Shown here: one piece after another, positions 29,486-38,471 of the stretch
Layout of the letters: each line of letters opens with the position of its first letter
Position numbering within the stretch: position 1 is the stretch's first letter
Source of the DNA: Candidatus Woesearchaeota archaeon
Lineage (GTDB): Archaea; Nanobdellota; Nanobdellia; Pacearchaeales; GW2011-AR1
NCBI GenBank assembly: GCA_964612685.1
Contig: CAZTCF010000004.1
Location: forward strand, 1 to 53,216
DNA length: 53,216 nucleotides
Reading direction: 5' to 3'
The notes under the pieces: generated by a model
Seen by the model: only the letters and a program-made list of their open reading frames with translations
What the model was told of the DNA's origin: nothing
Database searches by the model: none
Made by a program: the position numbers and the translations under genes

Positions 29486-29974
29486 ATGAAAAGAAAACAT
29501 AAAATATACTCTAGACCAAAAAGACCTTTTGACAAAGCAAGAATAGAGGAAGAAAAAGGGATTGTTGAAGAATTTGGGTTAAAGAATAAAAAAGAAATCT
29601 GGAAAGCAGAAGCTAAAATAAAAACAATAAGAGAAAAAGCAAAAAAACTAATTTCAGCAAAACCTGAAGAACAGCAAATCTTATTCAGTAAATTAAATAA
29701 AATGGGATTAAAAGTAGATTCAATTTCTTCTGCTTTATCTCTTGACAAAAAAGATTATTTGAAAAGAAGATTACAGACGGTAGTTGTAACGAAAAAGCTT
29801 GCAACAACCCCAAAACAGGCTAGACAATTAATAACTCATAAAAAAATATTGGTAAATGGGGGAGCAATTGATAGCCCTTCATACATTGTCCCTGTAGAAA
29901 TGGAAAACAAAATAACTTTAAAAGAAAAGAAAATTTCAAAAAAGAAAGAAGAAGTAAAGGAGAATAATGAATAA
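29486..29974 (+). CDS. rps4: 30S ribosomal protein S4
   Basis: GLKNKKEIW, RRLQT, ARQLITH. Confidence 0.96.
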   Translation: MKRKHKIYSRPKRPFDKARIEEEKGIVEEFGLKNKKEIWKAEAKIKTIREKAKKLISAKPEEQQILFSKLNKMGLKVDSISSALSLDKKDYLKRRLQTVVVTKKLATTPKQARQLITHKKILVNGGAIDSPSYIVPVEMENKITLKEKKISKKKEEVKENNE

Positions 29975-30443
29975 AATGGCAGAAGAAGAATTAGAAAAAG
30001 AAGATATCGAAGAAGAAAATATTGAAAAAGTGGGTACAGAAAAGAAAGCAGAGATAAAGAAAAAAGAAAAAGAAATTGAAGGAGTATTGAATATTTATAC
30101 TTCGTTTAATAATACTATTGCTCATGTGACTGATGCTTCTGGTAGAACAATAACAAAAGTTTCTGGAGGAATGGTTACAAAACATAGTAGACTTAAAGCA
30201 AATCCTACTATTGCAATGTTTATTGCAAAAAGAATATCTGAAAATATGAAAGATAAGGGAATAAGATCATTATATGTTAGAATAAGAGCAAAAACAGGGA
30301 GTACTGGACCTGGGCCTGGAGTTAACGCAATAATAAAAAGTTTATCAAGAGAAGGGTTTAAAATAATAAATATTCTTGATACTACAAGAGTGCCGCGTGG
30401 AGGACCTAAGAAAAAGGGCGGAAGGAGAGGTAGAAGAGTATAA
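29967..30443 (+). CDS. rps11: 30S ribosomal protein S11 with acidic N-terminal extension
   Basis: SFNNTIAHVTD, GPGPG, GGRRGRRV. Confidence 0.96.
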   Translation: MNKMAEEELEKEDIEEENIEKVGTEKKAEIKKKEKEIEGVLNIYTSFNNTIAHVTDASGRTITKVSGGMVTKHSRLKANPTIAMFIAKRISENMKDKGIRSLYVRIRAKTGSTGPGPGVNAIIKSLSREGFKIINILDTTRVPRGGPKKKGGRRGRRV

Positions 30444-30461
30444 AAGTAGAAAAAACAAAAA

Positions 30462-31169
30462 ATGGAAAACATAACTAAGACAGACGAAAAGTATATCTTC
30501 AGGGAGAGTATTGAAGATAGTTTAGCAAATGCTATAAGAAGATATGTTGGACAAATTCAAATTGCTGCAATAGATGATGTAGAAATATCAAAAAATGATT
30601 CTCCTCTTTACGATGAGACTCTAGCTCATAGATTGGGTTTAATTCCTTTAAAACAAAATTCAAAAAAAGAGGGGAAAGTAAAATTAGCCTCTCGAGAGAA
30701 AGGGATAGTTTACTCTGGGTCATTAAAGGGAGACTTTGAAGTGGTTTATGATAAAATACCATTAACATTATTAGGTGAAGGACAAGAAATAGAATTGTCT
30801 GCGAATATAAAGGTTGGAGTTGGAAAAGATCACGCTAAATTTTCTCCAGGCATCATGAATTACAGAGAGGCTTCAGAAATATATGCAGATAAGGAAATCG
30901 TTGAGAAAATAAGAGTAATGTTTCCAAACATAGAAACCAAACAAAAAGGGGACAAATATATGATATTGGACAATGGGTATACTGAAATTACAGATATATG
31001 TGAGGGGCTTGCTGAAAAATATAATAAAAAAATTGAGATAAAAAACACTGGAGAGATGATAATTACTTTAGAATCATTTGGACAAATGGAAGCAAAGAGT
31101 ATATTTAGTAAATCTATTGAAGCTTTAAAGAAAGACTTATCTGAACTTGGAAAGAAGTTTAGTAAATAA
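30462..31169 (+). CDS. rpoD: RNA polymerase subunit Rpo3 (D)
   Basis: ANAIRR, NDSPLYDETLAHRLGLIP, HAKF, ESFGQ. No Cys cluster of the Fe-S domain. Confidence 0.96.
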   Translation: MENITKTDEKYIFRESIEDSLANAIRRYVGQIQIAAIDDVEISKNDSPLYDETLAHRLGLIPLKQNSKKEGKVKLASREKGIVYSGSLKGDFEVVYDKIPLTLLGEGQEIELSANIKVGVGKDHAKFSPGIMNYREASEIYADKEIVEKIRVMFPNIETKQKGDKYMILDNGYTEITDICEGLAEKYNKKIEIKNTGEMIITLESFGQMEAKSIFSKSIEALKKDLSELGKKFSK

Positions 31170-31284
31170 ATAAAATTATAATTAAATAGAAGGCTTATTT
31201 TTTAAAGAAATATATATGAATATATTTTCATATGTTTTTAGAAAAAAAATGATAAATCATAAAGAGATGTCCTTTAAGTTCTCA

Positions 31285-31452
31285 TTAATAACTAAGCACA
31301 TCATTTATCAACTCGAATTTGAGCAAAGCATAATGATAAGTAACCAGTATTTGAAGAATCAAAACAATTCCCAAAAGCATAACTAAGATTACAGGCATAT
31401 ATTCCCAAACAAAGTTAAAGAAGAATCCAATCTTCATCCAAATTGTTTTCAT
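31285..31452 (-). CDS. 55-aa single-TM protein (not in ORF track)
   Basis: Hand translation MKTIWMKIGFFFNFVWEYMPVILVMLLGIVLILQILVTYHYALLKFELINDVLSY; AGGAGG Shine-Dalgarno upstream. Confidence 0.7.
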   Translation of the reverse strand: MKTIWMKIGFFFNFVWEYMPVILVMLLGIVLILQILVTYHYALLKFELINDVLSY

Positions 31453-31500
31453 AGTTGATTCCTCCTATAAATTTTAAATCTAGAAAATTAATATTAATTG

Positions 31501-31541
31501 ATTATATCTTGTTCTGCTTAGATGCAGATTATTGTATTCAA
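31501..31541 (-). repeat. Island motif copy A (promoter-like, internal hairpin)
   Basis: TTGAAT ACAATAA TCTGC ATCTAA GCAGA ACAAGA TATAAT. Confidence 0.8.
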
Positions 31542-31548
31542 AGAAAAA

Positions 31549-31598
31549 GAAGGCTCCTGCGAAAAGAGAGTTATGGCAAAAGAAATGCAAGAGCCTTC
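31549..31598 (-). terminator. Stem-loop plus T-tract preceding motif A
   Basis: GAAGGCTCTTGC...GCAGGAGCCTTC followed by TTTTTCTT. Confidence 0.65.
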
Positions 31599-31650
31599 AA
31601 AATCACACAATTAAGTGTAGGAAGAATTTTTGGTAAATCTAATTTGAGAA

Positions 31651-31902
31651 CTAATCACTTCTCTCACCTCTTTTTTTACAAGAATAAATAAGGTCGGCGA
31701 TAAATGAACCTATCATACCAAGAAAAGCAAGTAAAGTTATTATGCTCCATGCTGTAAACAAGGAATGTCCAAAAGAGTATCCTCCTTTGTAAGGTTCTCC
31801 AAAGATCTTGAAAAGGATAAAATCAATTATTAGCAATGCAAGAAAGATTATAGCTAATTTCTTGCTTAAACCCCCTCCTTTTATTGAATTTGGTAATTTC
31901 AC
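31651..31902 (-). CDS. Hypothetical 2-TM protein
   Basis: GTG start with AGGAGGTGA SD; two hydrophobic segments. Confidence 0.65.
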   Translation of the reverse strand: MKLPNSIKGGGLSKKLAIIFLALLIIDFILFKIFGEPYKGGYSFGHSLFTAWSIITLLAFLGMIGSFIADLIYSCKKRGERSD

Positions 31903-31921
31903 TACTCACCTCCTTTCTGAG

Positions 31922-32413
31922 TTAATTAAAATCTCCATTAAATGAAACTGGCTTATCCTGAGAAACTTCAATCTTAAAGTAGTCTGGCATATCAGAGAGT
32001 TTTACATTCTTTTCAGGTAGTCTTTTAATGTTCTTAAAGAGAATTTTAACTCTCGTAACTTTACTTTCTTCTATGGTAAGAGGAAAGGTAGTATCCAGCG
32101 TTGAAACACGGACAGAAAAGTTATACTCTCCAGGACGTTTAGCGATAAATAATGAGGTTTTCTCTAATGTGAGATTGCCTCCAGGAAGATGTCCTTCGTA
32201 GAATTTCTCTCCTTTGAGAGTTAGGAAGTTAATACGTTCAATAAATGTACTATAGATTGAATAATTGAATTCACTATCTCCTTCTCCTGGCAGATAATAA
32301 AATTCTACATACCCTTTTGGAGATCCACTAGGAACATTGTCAATAACTTTAACCGGAGAACATCCAGTAAAAAGAATGACAAAAATTGAGGTTAATAAAA
32401 AAAATGATTTCAT
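31922..32413 (-). CDS. Putative lipoprotein
   Basis: MKS-hydrophobic-FTGC lipobox, AGGAGG SD, beta-rich mature part. Confidence 0.75.
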   Translation of the reverse strand: MKSFFLLTSIFVILFTGCSPVKVIDNVPSGSPKGYVEFYYLPGEGDSEFNYSIYSTFIERINFLTLKGEKFYEGHLPGGNLTLEKTSLFIAKRPGEYNFSVRVSTLDTTFPLTIEESKVTRVKILFKNIKRLPEKNVKLSDMPDYFKIEVSQDKPVSFNGDFN

Positions 32414-32464
32414 GCGTTTCCTCCTATTTTTAAAATTAAAAAATAAATAAAGTACTAAAACAAA

Positions 32465-32614
32465 TTAAGCACGTATACGCTTATTCTTTTCTCTATCCAT
32501 AACTTGGTGTTTCCGATTGTACCTCTTTGTCTTTTCAACCTTCTCTGGGTTAAGCAGAGCAATCTGAGGAATCTCTTTTTTTCTGGACTTCGTATTTTTA
32601 ACCGATTTATTCAC
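32465..32614 (-). CDS. 49-aa basic peptide, ArfA-like motif (not in ORF track)
   Basis: GTG start after GGAGG; MNKSVKNTKSRKKEIPQIALLNPEKVEKTKRYNRKHQVMDREKNKRIRA. Confidence 0.6.
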   Translation of the reverse strand: MNKSVKNTKSRKKEIPQIALLNPEKVEKTKRYNRKHQVMDREKNKRIRA

Positions 32615-32659
32615 AGCTAGATCCTCCAAAATTAAAATTAAACAACAGTAAAAGTAAAT

Positions 32660-32694
32660 AAAACCCCCGAAAGGGTAATCTTCTCGGGGGTTTT
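32660..32694 (-). terminator. Intrinsic (bacterial-type) terminator hairpin
   Basis: AAAACCCCCGA...TCGGGGGTTTT inverted repeat with T-tracts on both sides. Confidence 0.8.
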
Positions 32695-32720
32695 TCTAAG
32701 ACAAGGGGAAACATAGGGTG

Positions 32721-33233
32721 TTACCTTTTACGTATCTCATCGCCATTCTGATCAAGGACCCAGAATTTATTCCCGCTTGCTTCAACCAAAAGAGTTGGAA
32801 TATTGTCAAACGGAGGGGTCCCGGCAGGAGATTCTTTCAATATCCAAACCTTCTCATCGGGTTGCCTGTGAAGAAAATACTCATACAAATTCAACACCTC
32901 AAGCTGAAAGGTAGGAAACTTCGTCACAACAGATGGAAACAGATACTTAACGAGATAACGCTCTTCCGCAAAATCAGTAAACTCAAGGGGAAACAAGGAA
33001 ACACGAAATTCTGTTTCGTTCGATATGAACTTCTCCTTGTCAACCTGGACTGTTATAACTTCCCCTGGTTCGAGTTGAGAAACAAGAGATATAAATCCCT
33101 TGATAAGTACCTGCTCGCTTTGCTTTGGCAGCTGGGGTGGGGGAGGAGGAGTTTCGACAACAGCCTCTTTTTTCTTACAACCTGCTCCTAGAGCAAGTAA
33201 AAAGATTACTACTAAAAAAACAAACTTTTTCAT
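32721..33233 (-). CDS. Putative lipoprotein with Pro-rich linker
   Basis: MKK-hydrophobic-LGAGC, then ETPPPPPQ. Confidence 0.78.
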   Translation of the reverse strand: MKKFVFLVVIFLLALGAGCKKKEAVVETPPPPPQLPKQSEQVLIKGFISLVSQLEPGEVITVQVDKEKFISNETEFRVSLFPLEFTDFAEERYLVKYLFPSVVTKFPTFQLEVLNLYEYFLHRQPDEKVWILKESPAGTPPFDNIPTLLVEASGNKFWVLDQNGDEIRKR

Positions 33234-33351
33234 ACGCGTAAGAATTAAAAGTTAAAAACTAAAAACTAAAAACAATTTGTCACGTTGGGTGTTCAGCCCT
33301 TTTTGAACAATTTCTTTAAACATTTTTTAATATTAAGAATAAAATAAGCAG

Positions 33352-33390
33352 AGTATATGTTGTTCTGTTTAAACAGAAGATTATTTTCAA
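33352..33390 (-). repeat. Island motif copy B
   Basis: TTGAAA ATAATCT TCTGT TTAA ACAGA ACAACA TATACT. Confidence 0.8.
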
Positions 33391-33393
33391 AAG

Positions 33394-33425
33394 AAAAGGA
33401 TATCCCACAAAGGAGGTATCCTTTT
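33394..33425 (-). terminator. Stem-loop plus T-tract preceding motif B
   Basis: AAAAGGATAC...ATATCCTTTT followed by CTTTT. Confidence 0.65.
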
Positions 33426-33433
33426 AATTATAC

Positions 33434-33628
33434 TTACATACCAGGAATTTCTGGTAAATCAACAAATTGCCATATTGACAATATTATTGAAAGTGTGATA
33501 AATGCGAATATAATCAAGAAGATGATTATATTTTTGCTTACCCTCTGATAAGAATCTTTCTTATTTACTTTTATTATTAGTAATATTGAGAAGATAAGCA
33601 TAACCAAAATAATAATAACTGCCGCCAT
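33434..33628 (-). CDS. Small 2-TM protein (64 aa)
   Basis: Start moved to MAAVII (33628), 8 nt after the upstream stop. Confidence 0.65.
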   Translation of the reverse strand: MAAVIIILVMLIFSILLIIKVNKKDSYQRVSKNIIIFLIIFAFITLSIILSIWQFVDLPEIPGM

Positions 33629-33636
33629 AACTTTAA

Positions 33637-34281
33637 TTATTTTGTTTGCATTGCCATAAGATATAAACAGGAGCCTGAAGCGGCCATCCAACAAGCCATT
33701 CCGTCAAAATCGCAAAGGAATTTAAGTACATCTATTGAATCGTAATGGTTTCTTATTGCCCTGTAACAAGCAAAGAAGTTTATTCCCTTAACTTGCTGTT
33801 CGAGGTATTTATCCGGCATCGGATAAAAGTCATTGGTTTGAATGATGTTATCAATAACAAGATATTCGTCGTGCAAGAAGTTTTCAAAGTTAACTCCATA
33901 CATACTAACATTGCCTGTTTTTGATTGTAAATCAAACCGGGTAAAATCAATCAGATTGATAAAGTATATGTCTCCGTCTGGAAGTAATCCGGGTTCCATC
34001 TTTACAATCTGTAATTCTGCCACTTTTACAGTATCACTTTCGGTATAAATATAATATGGTAAAAACATTTGCACAGTCTCGTCATTTTCATTCTTTTGAA
34101 TAGTGCCTGTGCTGTACATCCCATACCGACTAACTGAACATTCATATTTTGTCCAGTCCGGGGAATTAAGAAACTCTCGAATCTCCCTTGGTTGAGGATC
34201 AGGAGGATTCAATTCGTTTTTCTCACAACTATTTATAGCTATAAGAAAAAACATCGTTAAAAAAATAGATAATTTTTTCAT
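33637..34281 (-). CDS. Bacteroidota-style lipoprotein
   Basis: Start moved to MKKLSIF; lipobox INSC followed by EKNE; Cys-rich C-terminus. Confidence 0.75.
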   Translation of the reverse strand: MKKLSIFLTMFFLIAINSCEKNELNPPDPQPREIREFLNSPDWTKYECSVSRYGMYSTGTIQKNENDETVQMFLPYYIYTESDTVKVAELQIVKMEPGLLPDGDIYFINLIDFTRFDLQSKTGNVSMYGVNFENFLHDEYLVIDNIIQTNDFYPMPDKYLEQQVKGINFFACYRAIRNHYDSIDVLKFLCDFDGMACWMAASGSCLYLMAMQTK

Positions 34282-34326
34282 TTGACTTTCACATTTAGTT
34301 AAACAATAAAATTCATAATTAATCGG

Positions 34327-34366
34327 AGGATATGTTGTTCTGCCCAAAGCAGAGTATTGCATTCAA
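34327..34366 (-). repeat. Island motif copy C
   Basis: TTGAAT GCAATAC TCTGC TTTGG GCAGA ACAACA TATCCT. Confidence 0.8.
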
Positions 34367-34375
34367 AAGAAAAAA

Positions 34376-34428
34376 GGATTCCCCCGAGGAAATTGGACAG
34401 TTTTACGGGTTATACAACGAGGGAATCC
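34376..34428 (-). terminator. Stem-loop plus T-tract preceding motif C
   Basis: GGATTCCCTCG...CGGGGGAATCC followed by TTTTTCTT. Confidence 0.65.
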
Positions 34429-34492
34429 CAAATCATAAAAATCAAAAAGCGCATCAAAAGCCTTTTTCTAACCAACTTCACAAATGGTTACC

Positions 34493-34870
34493 TTAATAAT
34501 GCAGGCTAATGATTACAATTAAAATTAGCACAGCTGAAATAACGGTCCCAACTATACCTCCAAGATAATAAAAAAGAATAGAAGTAGAATCTATACCTAT
34601 TTCTTTAAAAAAAGGAGTTTCATCCTTTAGTGAAGCATATCTCTTGGGTTGCCTAATATATTTCCATACTGAAAATAATATAATACAAATCAAGGGATAA
34701 AATGGAAGAAACAAGAGAGAGATTACCCAGAGGTTTTGGTATTTGTAAAAGAAATTATCAAAGAATAGCAATGAAAGGACAAAGTATGCGCCTAAAACTA
34801 TTCCGGATACAGAAAAGAACAAACGATGTTTGCCTTTAATCTGTCCAATTAAATTACAAACTATTTTCAT
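34493..34870 (-). CDS. Hypothetical 3-TM protein
   Basis: Three hydrophobic segments. Confidence 0.7.
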   Translation of the reverse strand: MKIVCNLIGQIKGKHRLFFSVSGIVLGAYFVLSLLFFDNFFYKYQNLWVISLLFLPFYPLICIILFSVWKYIRQPKRYASLKDETPFFKEIGIDSTSILFYYLGGIVGTVISAVLILIVIISLHY

Positions 34871-34890
34871 GGCATTAAATATTAATGAAG

Positions 34891-36486
34891 TTAATAATAA
34901 GAAATAACAAGTTTAAGTCTTCTACTGGAATATGGATGATCTCCGCTATAAATTTCACCCCACACATAGTTTGCCCCCGCTGAAATAAGGAAACCATAAT
35001 TAGCTTTTCTCCCAAGAACCCAATCCTGGACAAGATAAGTAACATCCCAAGAATGCCAAGAATAAACTCCCTCAGGTATGAAATCTATCTTTTCTATAAA
35101 CTCGCTTTCTGGCTGATTCGTCCAAGAAACTTCTGATTCGCTCCAGGGACCTTTTAGTTCGCTAAGGGCTATTGAGGGATTCACGCCTTGAACGTTACTT
35201 AAAGCATAACCATATACTTCTAACCTAGCAGAAAAAATCACTGCGTTTAGGGGTATCTCTCCAAGAGGGAATTGAAAGAGCATTCTATTCATTTGTTTAG
35301 AACCGCTTAAATCCCCATCAGATACCACACTAATTAAAGAATCGTTAGGAAAGTTATTGTAAAAAGAAGCGCCATTAGAGTAAGTAGATATTTGTATCCC
35401 GGCATCTTTCCCCAAGGGTCCTGGTTGAATTGTTAAATTTCTTAGGGGAAAATTATTATTCATCCTTTGCTGTAATCTAAGTAAATCTTCCGTTCTATAC
35501 TCTAAATCCTCCACATAACTTGCATATTTATCTAAGCCCATACTTGCTAAGGAGATTAGACAAGAAGTTGGATCGGGGCTTGAAATACAAGAATATGCTG
35601 TTGAGTTTAGTTTGTAATTATCAACAAAATCTGTAAACCCGTTTTGAACATTTGCGTCATCAAAGAAATTATCTGCCATTTTAAGAAAATAATTGCCGCA
35701 TGTCCAAAGTGCAAGAGGAATCGCAAAACCTCCTGATATAAGAGCTGCTGCTCCAGAAGTAACGCATGGGATTGCTCCAACTATTCTTCCTGTCCACCGA
35801 ATAAATTCTGCCTTTGAGAGGGTTGAGTTGTCTGATTTTAAATTAGATGGCCAAACAAAATCAGTTTGAATCTCTCTAACAACTTCAATATCTCCAGAGG
35901 GAAAAAGAATACCTAAATCTACTTTGTTCCCATTAAAATTACTGAACATAAATATAAAGTCATCGGCAAATACTTTGTCTGGCAAACCTTTATCATTAAA
36001 CATAATCCCATAGTCCTTTTTATTTTTGAAAGAATGATAAAGTACAAACTTTGGGAGAGAATTCTCTTCATCAATAAAAAAATATTCTTCTTTACCAACA
36101 ACCCAATAATCCCAATTAGATTCGTTGTGTACATAAACCGCGCTGAAATCTGGAAGGGGTTTTTTAATGGAGGTGAAAGGGATTTCTATGTAAGTTAAAT
36201 CATCCGAAATAATAGGTACTGAAGAAGAAAAGAATGGGACCAAATCTTCATCTAAAATCTCAAACTTTTGCAACCCTTCTGGAACTCTTGAAAGATAAAA
36301 ATATCCCTTTAAATCTGTAAAAGTGAGTATGTTCCCAGAAACCCTTATTCCTAAATTAGGAAGAGGGTGGGTTTTGTTTCCAAGAAAAACATATCCTTCA
36401 AGTTCTCCGAAGCCGCTTGGAGGAGGATCCTCATCACAGGATATTGCAATAAATATCCAAAGTGAAAAAAAGATAATCTTTTTCAT
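34891..36486 (-). CDS. Lipoprotein with carboxypeptidase-regulatory-like N-domain and C-terminal DNRLRE/CBM96-like domain
   Basis: AISC+DED lipobox; TDLKGYFYLSRVPEG; KDA...RMLFQF...SARL...W.E.EVSWTNQP...WDVT.LVQDW...NYGFLI. Confidence 0.75.
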   Translation of the reverse strand: MKKIIFFSLWIFIAISCDEDPPPSGFGELEGYVFLGNKTHPLPNLGIRVSGNILTFTDLKGYFYLSRVPEGLQKFEILDEDLVPFFSSSVPIISDDLTYIEIPFTSIKKPLPDFSAVYVHNESNWDYWVVGKEEYFFIDEENSLPKFVLYHSFKNKKDYGIMFNDKGLPDKVFADDFIFMFSNFNGNKVDLGILFPSGDIEVVREIQTDFVWPSNLKSDNSTLSKAEFIRWTGRIVGAIPCVTSGAAALISGGFAIPLALWTCGNYFLKMADNFFDDANVQNGFTDFVDNYKLNSTAYSCISSPDPTSCLISLASMGLDKYASYVEDLEYRTEDLLRLQQRMNNNFPLRNLTIQPGPLGKDAGIQISTYSNGASFYNNFPNDSLISVVSDGDLSGSKQMNRMLFQFPLGEIPLNAVIFSARLEVYGYALSNVQGVNPSIALSELKGPWSESEVSWTNQPESEFIEKIDFIPEGVYSWHSWDVTYLVQDWVLGRKANYGFLISAGANYVWGEIYSGDHPYSSRRLKLVISYY

Positions 36487-36510
36487 TTGAATTTAAATTT
36501 TAAAAGTTAT

Positions 36511-37182
36511 TTAAAAATTGTAAACAAATCCTAGAGACCAGAGCAACCTATTTTTTGTATCTGGCTCGGTTTGTATATACTCTGTAAATGATCCATTAAT
36601 CAAGATATTCTCGTTTAATTTAACTGTTTTTTTCATCCCAAACATATGGGAAGGAGAATTTTTTTCATAATGGAAAAGAACATAGTAGAAATCTACTCCA
36701 TTCAAATAAGAAGGAGAGTAGGTAAATTGCTGGAAGGAAAATATGAAAATTATATCCTTCAAGGAAGCTTCTCCAACTTCGGGTATACCTGCAGACCATC
36801 CAAACCAGTGATTTGTGATTAACTGATTTTTAAATAGTTTAAAGCTAACCATCGGACCTGCCCAAGGTAAATTATGATAAATCCCTCCACTTGGCTGGAG
36901 AATAATATTCTTGTTTATTGGAATATCATAAACAATCTGGCCCAAAACTCCATTGTAGCATGCCCATATTGAATTCTTTCCGTTTGAGAGGAATATATCT
37001 GCATTCAGTCCGGAACTTAAGGGAGTTTCTCCAGTAGTGAGTGCAACAGAAGTAACTTTCCATCTTGAATCTATAGAAGATTCCTGCCCAAAAATTAAGC
37101 AATCTGAAAATGCAAGAAGAAGAGCCGACATAATGATAATAATCATAATTGTCCTATAACTGATATTTTGTAAATTTTTCAT
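36511..37182 (-). CDS. Secreted beta-strand-rich protein, possible outer-membrane beta-barrel
   Basis: Signal peptide, alternating strands, C-terminus WSLGFVYNF. Confidence 0.55.
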   Translation of the reverse strand: MKNLQNISYRTIMIIIIMSALLLAFSDCLIFGQESSIDSRWKVTSVALTTGETPLSSGLNADIFLSNGKNSIWACYNGVLGQIVYDIPINKNIILQPSGGIYHNLPWAGPMVSFKLFKNQLITNHWFGWSAGIPEVGEASLKDIIFIFSFQQFTYSPSYLNGVDFYYVLFHYEKNSPSHMFGMKKTVKLNENILINGSFTEYIQTEPDTKNRLLWSLGFVYNF

Positions 37183-37232
37183 CTTTTTATTTATTAATTG
37201 GATAATAATTTCAAATCATTCTAGGAGAAGCT

Positions 37233-38048
37233 CTATTTTCTTTTTTTAGAATTATTTGTAGAACTTTTTTCTTCATGAATTGCATCGTATATATCTTTAG
37301 AATATTTATCAAGTATCTTTTCATAAATTAAGTTCACAAAAAGATTAATTCCTAACAGAGAAAAATAGACTATAGAGCAGATTAACGCCCATTTAAAGTT
37401 CTCTTGAAGAAGAGCAACAACTATTGAGAAGATAGAAAATATTGCTAGTAAGGTTCCCCCAATATAGGAAGAAGACAATATTGCTAATCTTTTTATTTCT
37501 GAAATCTTCTCAATAAACCAACAGAGAGTAAAGATAAGTATTATACCAAGATTAATTATTAACCCAAGAGTTCCTTTGCTTAAGAAAGAAATTTCATACT
37601 CTTCTCTTAGATAGATTATATTTCCAATTTTCTTTCCATAAACTTTGGTGTTAATCTCGTCTATTTGTGGCCACTTTTCTTTATTCCTTTTGTGACTAAT
37701 TGTAGAAAAAGCAAGTATCTCCTCTCCGTTGCCACAGAAATAAACTTTAGATACTGTATTCTCCCCTTGCTCCGAATAAAGATTAAGTGCATCTCCGGGG
37801 TAGTCTACATAAACACTATCAAGAACTATATCTTCCTCTGAAAGATAAGGGAAATTAATTTGGGGATTATAAAATAAATGAAAAATCCATCTATCTCTAG
37901 TATCTGAAGGGTAATTCATCTTCCAGGAATAACCTAGAGGATCTCTACAATCCTGGGCAGCAAGCTTACTTATGCCCGCAAGAATAAAGAATAATACCAT
38001 AAATATAATCATAGCAAAGAAACGGGCAAGTTGATTTGTTGTTTTCAT
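37233..38048 (-). CDS. Hypothetical protein with signal peptide, soluble domain and 3 C-terminal TMs
   Basis: Hydropathy pattern only. Confidence 0.65.
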   Translation of the reverse strand: MKTTNQLARFFAMIIFMVLFFILAGISKLAAQDCRDPLGYSWKMNYPSDTRDRWIFHLFYNPQINFPYLSEEDIVLDSVYVDYPGDALNLYSEQGENTVSKVYFCGNGEEILAFSTISHKRNKEKWPQIDEINTKVYGKKIGNIIYLREEYEISFLSKGTLGLIINLGIILIFTLCWFIEKISEIKRLAILSSSYIGGTLLAIFSIFSIVVALLQENFKWALICSIVYFSLLGINLFVNLIYEKILDKYSKDIYDAIHEEKSSTNNSKKRK

Positions 38049-38066
38049 GACCTTAAATTTTAAAAG

Positions 38067-38471
38067 TTATTTAATTTTGGACAATTTTGAATACCGATCA
38101 ATAAGTTTCATCCCTCCTTCTTTAAGAAACATTTCATATACGAGGTAAAGTACAAAAAGGTTGGCTAATATTGAACCAATAAGAATTACGAGAATAGAAG
38201 ACAAAGTATTTGAAACTCCAGATAGAGCTATAAAGTAGAGGCAAGAATAGCCTAGAATGCCTTTGAAGAGATATGCATAATAATATCCCCACTTATAGAT
38301 TTTACCTGAACTGCTACCTGAGTAAAGGAAGGGTTCAATAAGACATATGTAAGTATATATGTGTGCAGGAAAAAGAGGCAATAGCATACCAAGTATCCAA
38401 GTTAGTTTTCTAGATTTCAAAGAAAAAGCATATGAAATCCATTGATTGAGGTTTAAAAGAAAATTTTTCAT
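38067..38471 (-). CDS. Hypothetical membrane protein
   Basis: About 3 hydrophobic segments. Confidence 0.65.
   Translation of the reverse strand: MKNFLLNLNQWISYAFSLKSRKLTWILGMLLPLFPAHIYTYICLIEPFLYSGSSSGKIYKWGYYYAYLFKGILGYSCLYFIALSGVSNTLSSILVILIGSILANLFVLYLVYEMFLKEGGMKLIDRYSKLSKIK

Noticed and set aside
30462-31169. rpoD lacking Fe-S cysteines; stand-alone 5S rRNA
   Set aside because: Both are already known in several archaeal lineages, so not novel.
32718-33191. 157-aa plus-strand ORF, and other antisense ORFs in the track (e.g. 2004..2309, 25262..25591, 30122..30472, 41772..42020)
   Set aside because: Shadows of well-supported genes on the opposite strand, with no motifs or start signals.
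33253-33273. (TAAAAAC)x3 tandem repeat
   Set aside because: Only three AT-rich units in a leader; no evidence of function.
31501-34428. CRISPR array or classical integron attC sites
   Set aside because: Repeats are separated by whole genes rather than 30-40 nt spacers; there are no RYYYAAC/GTTRRRY cores and no cas or intI genes.
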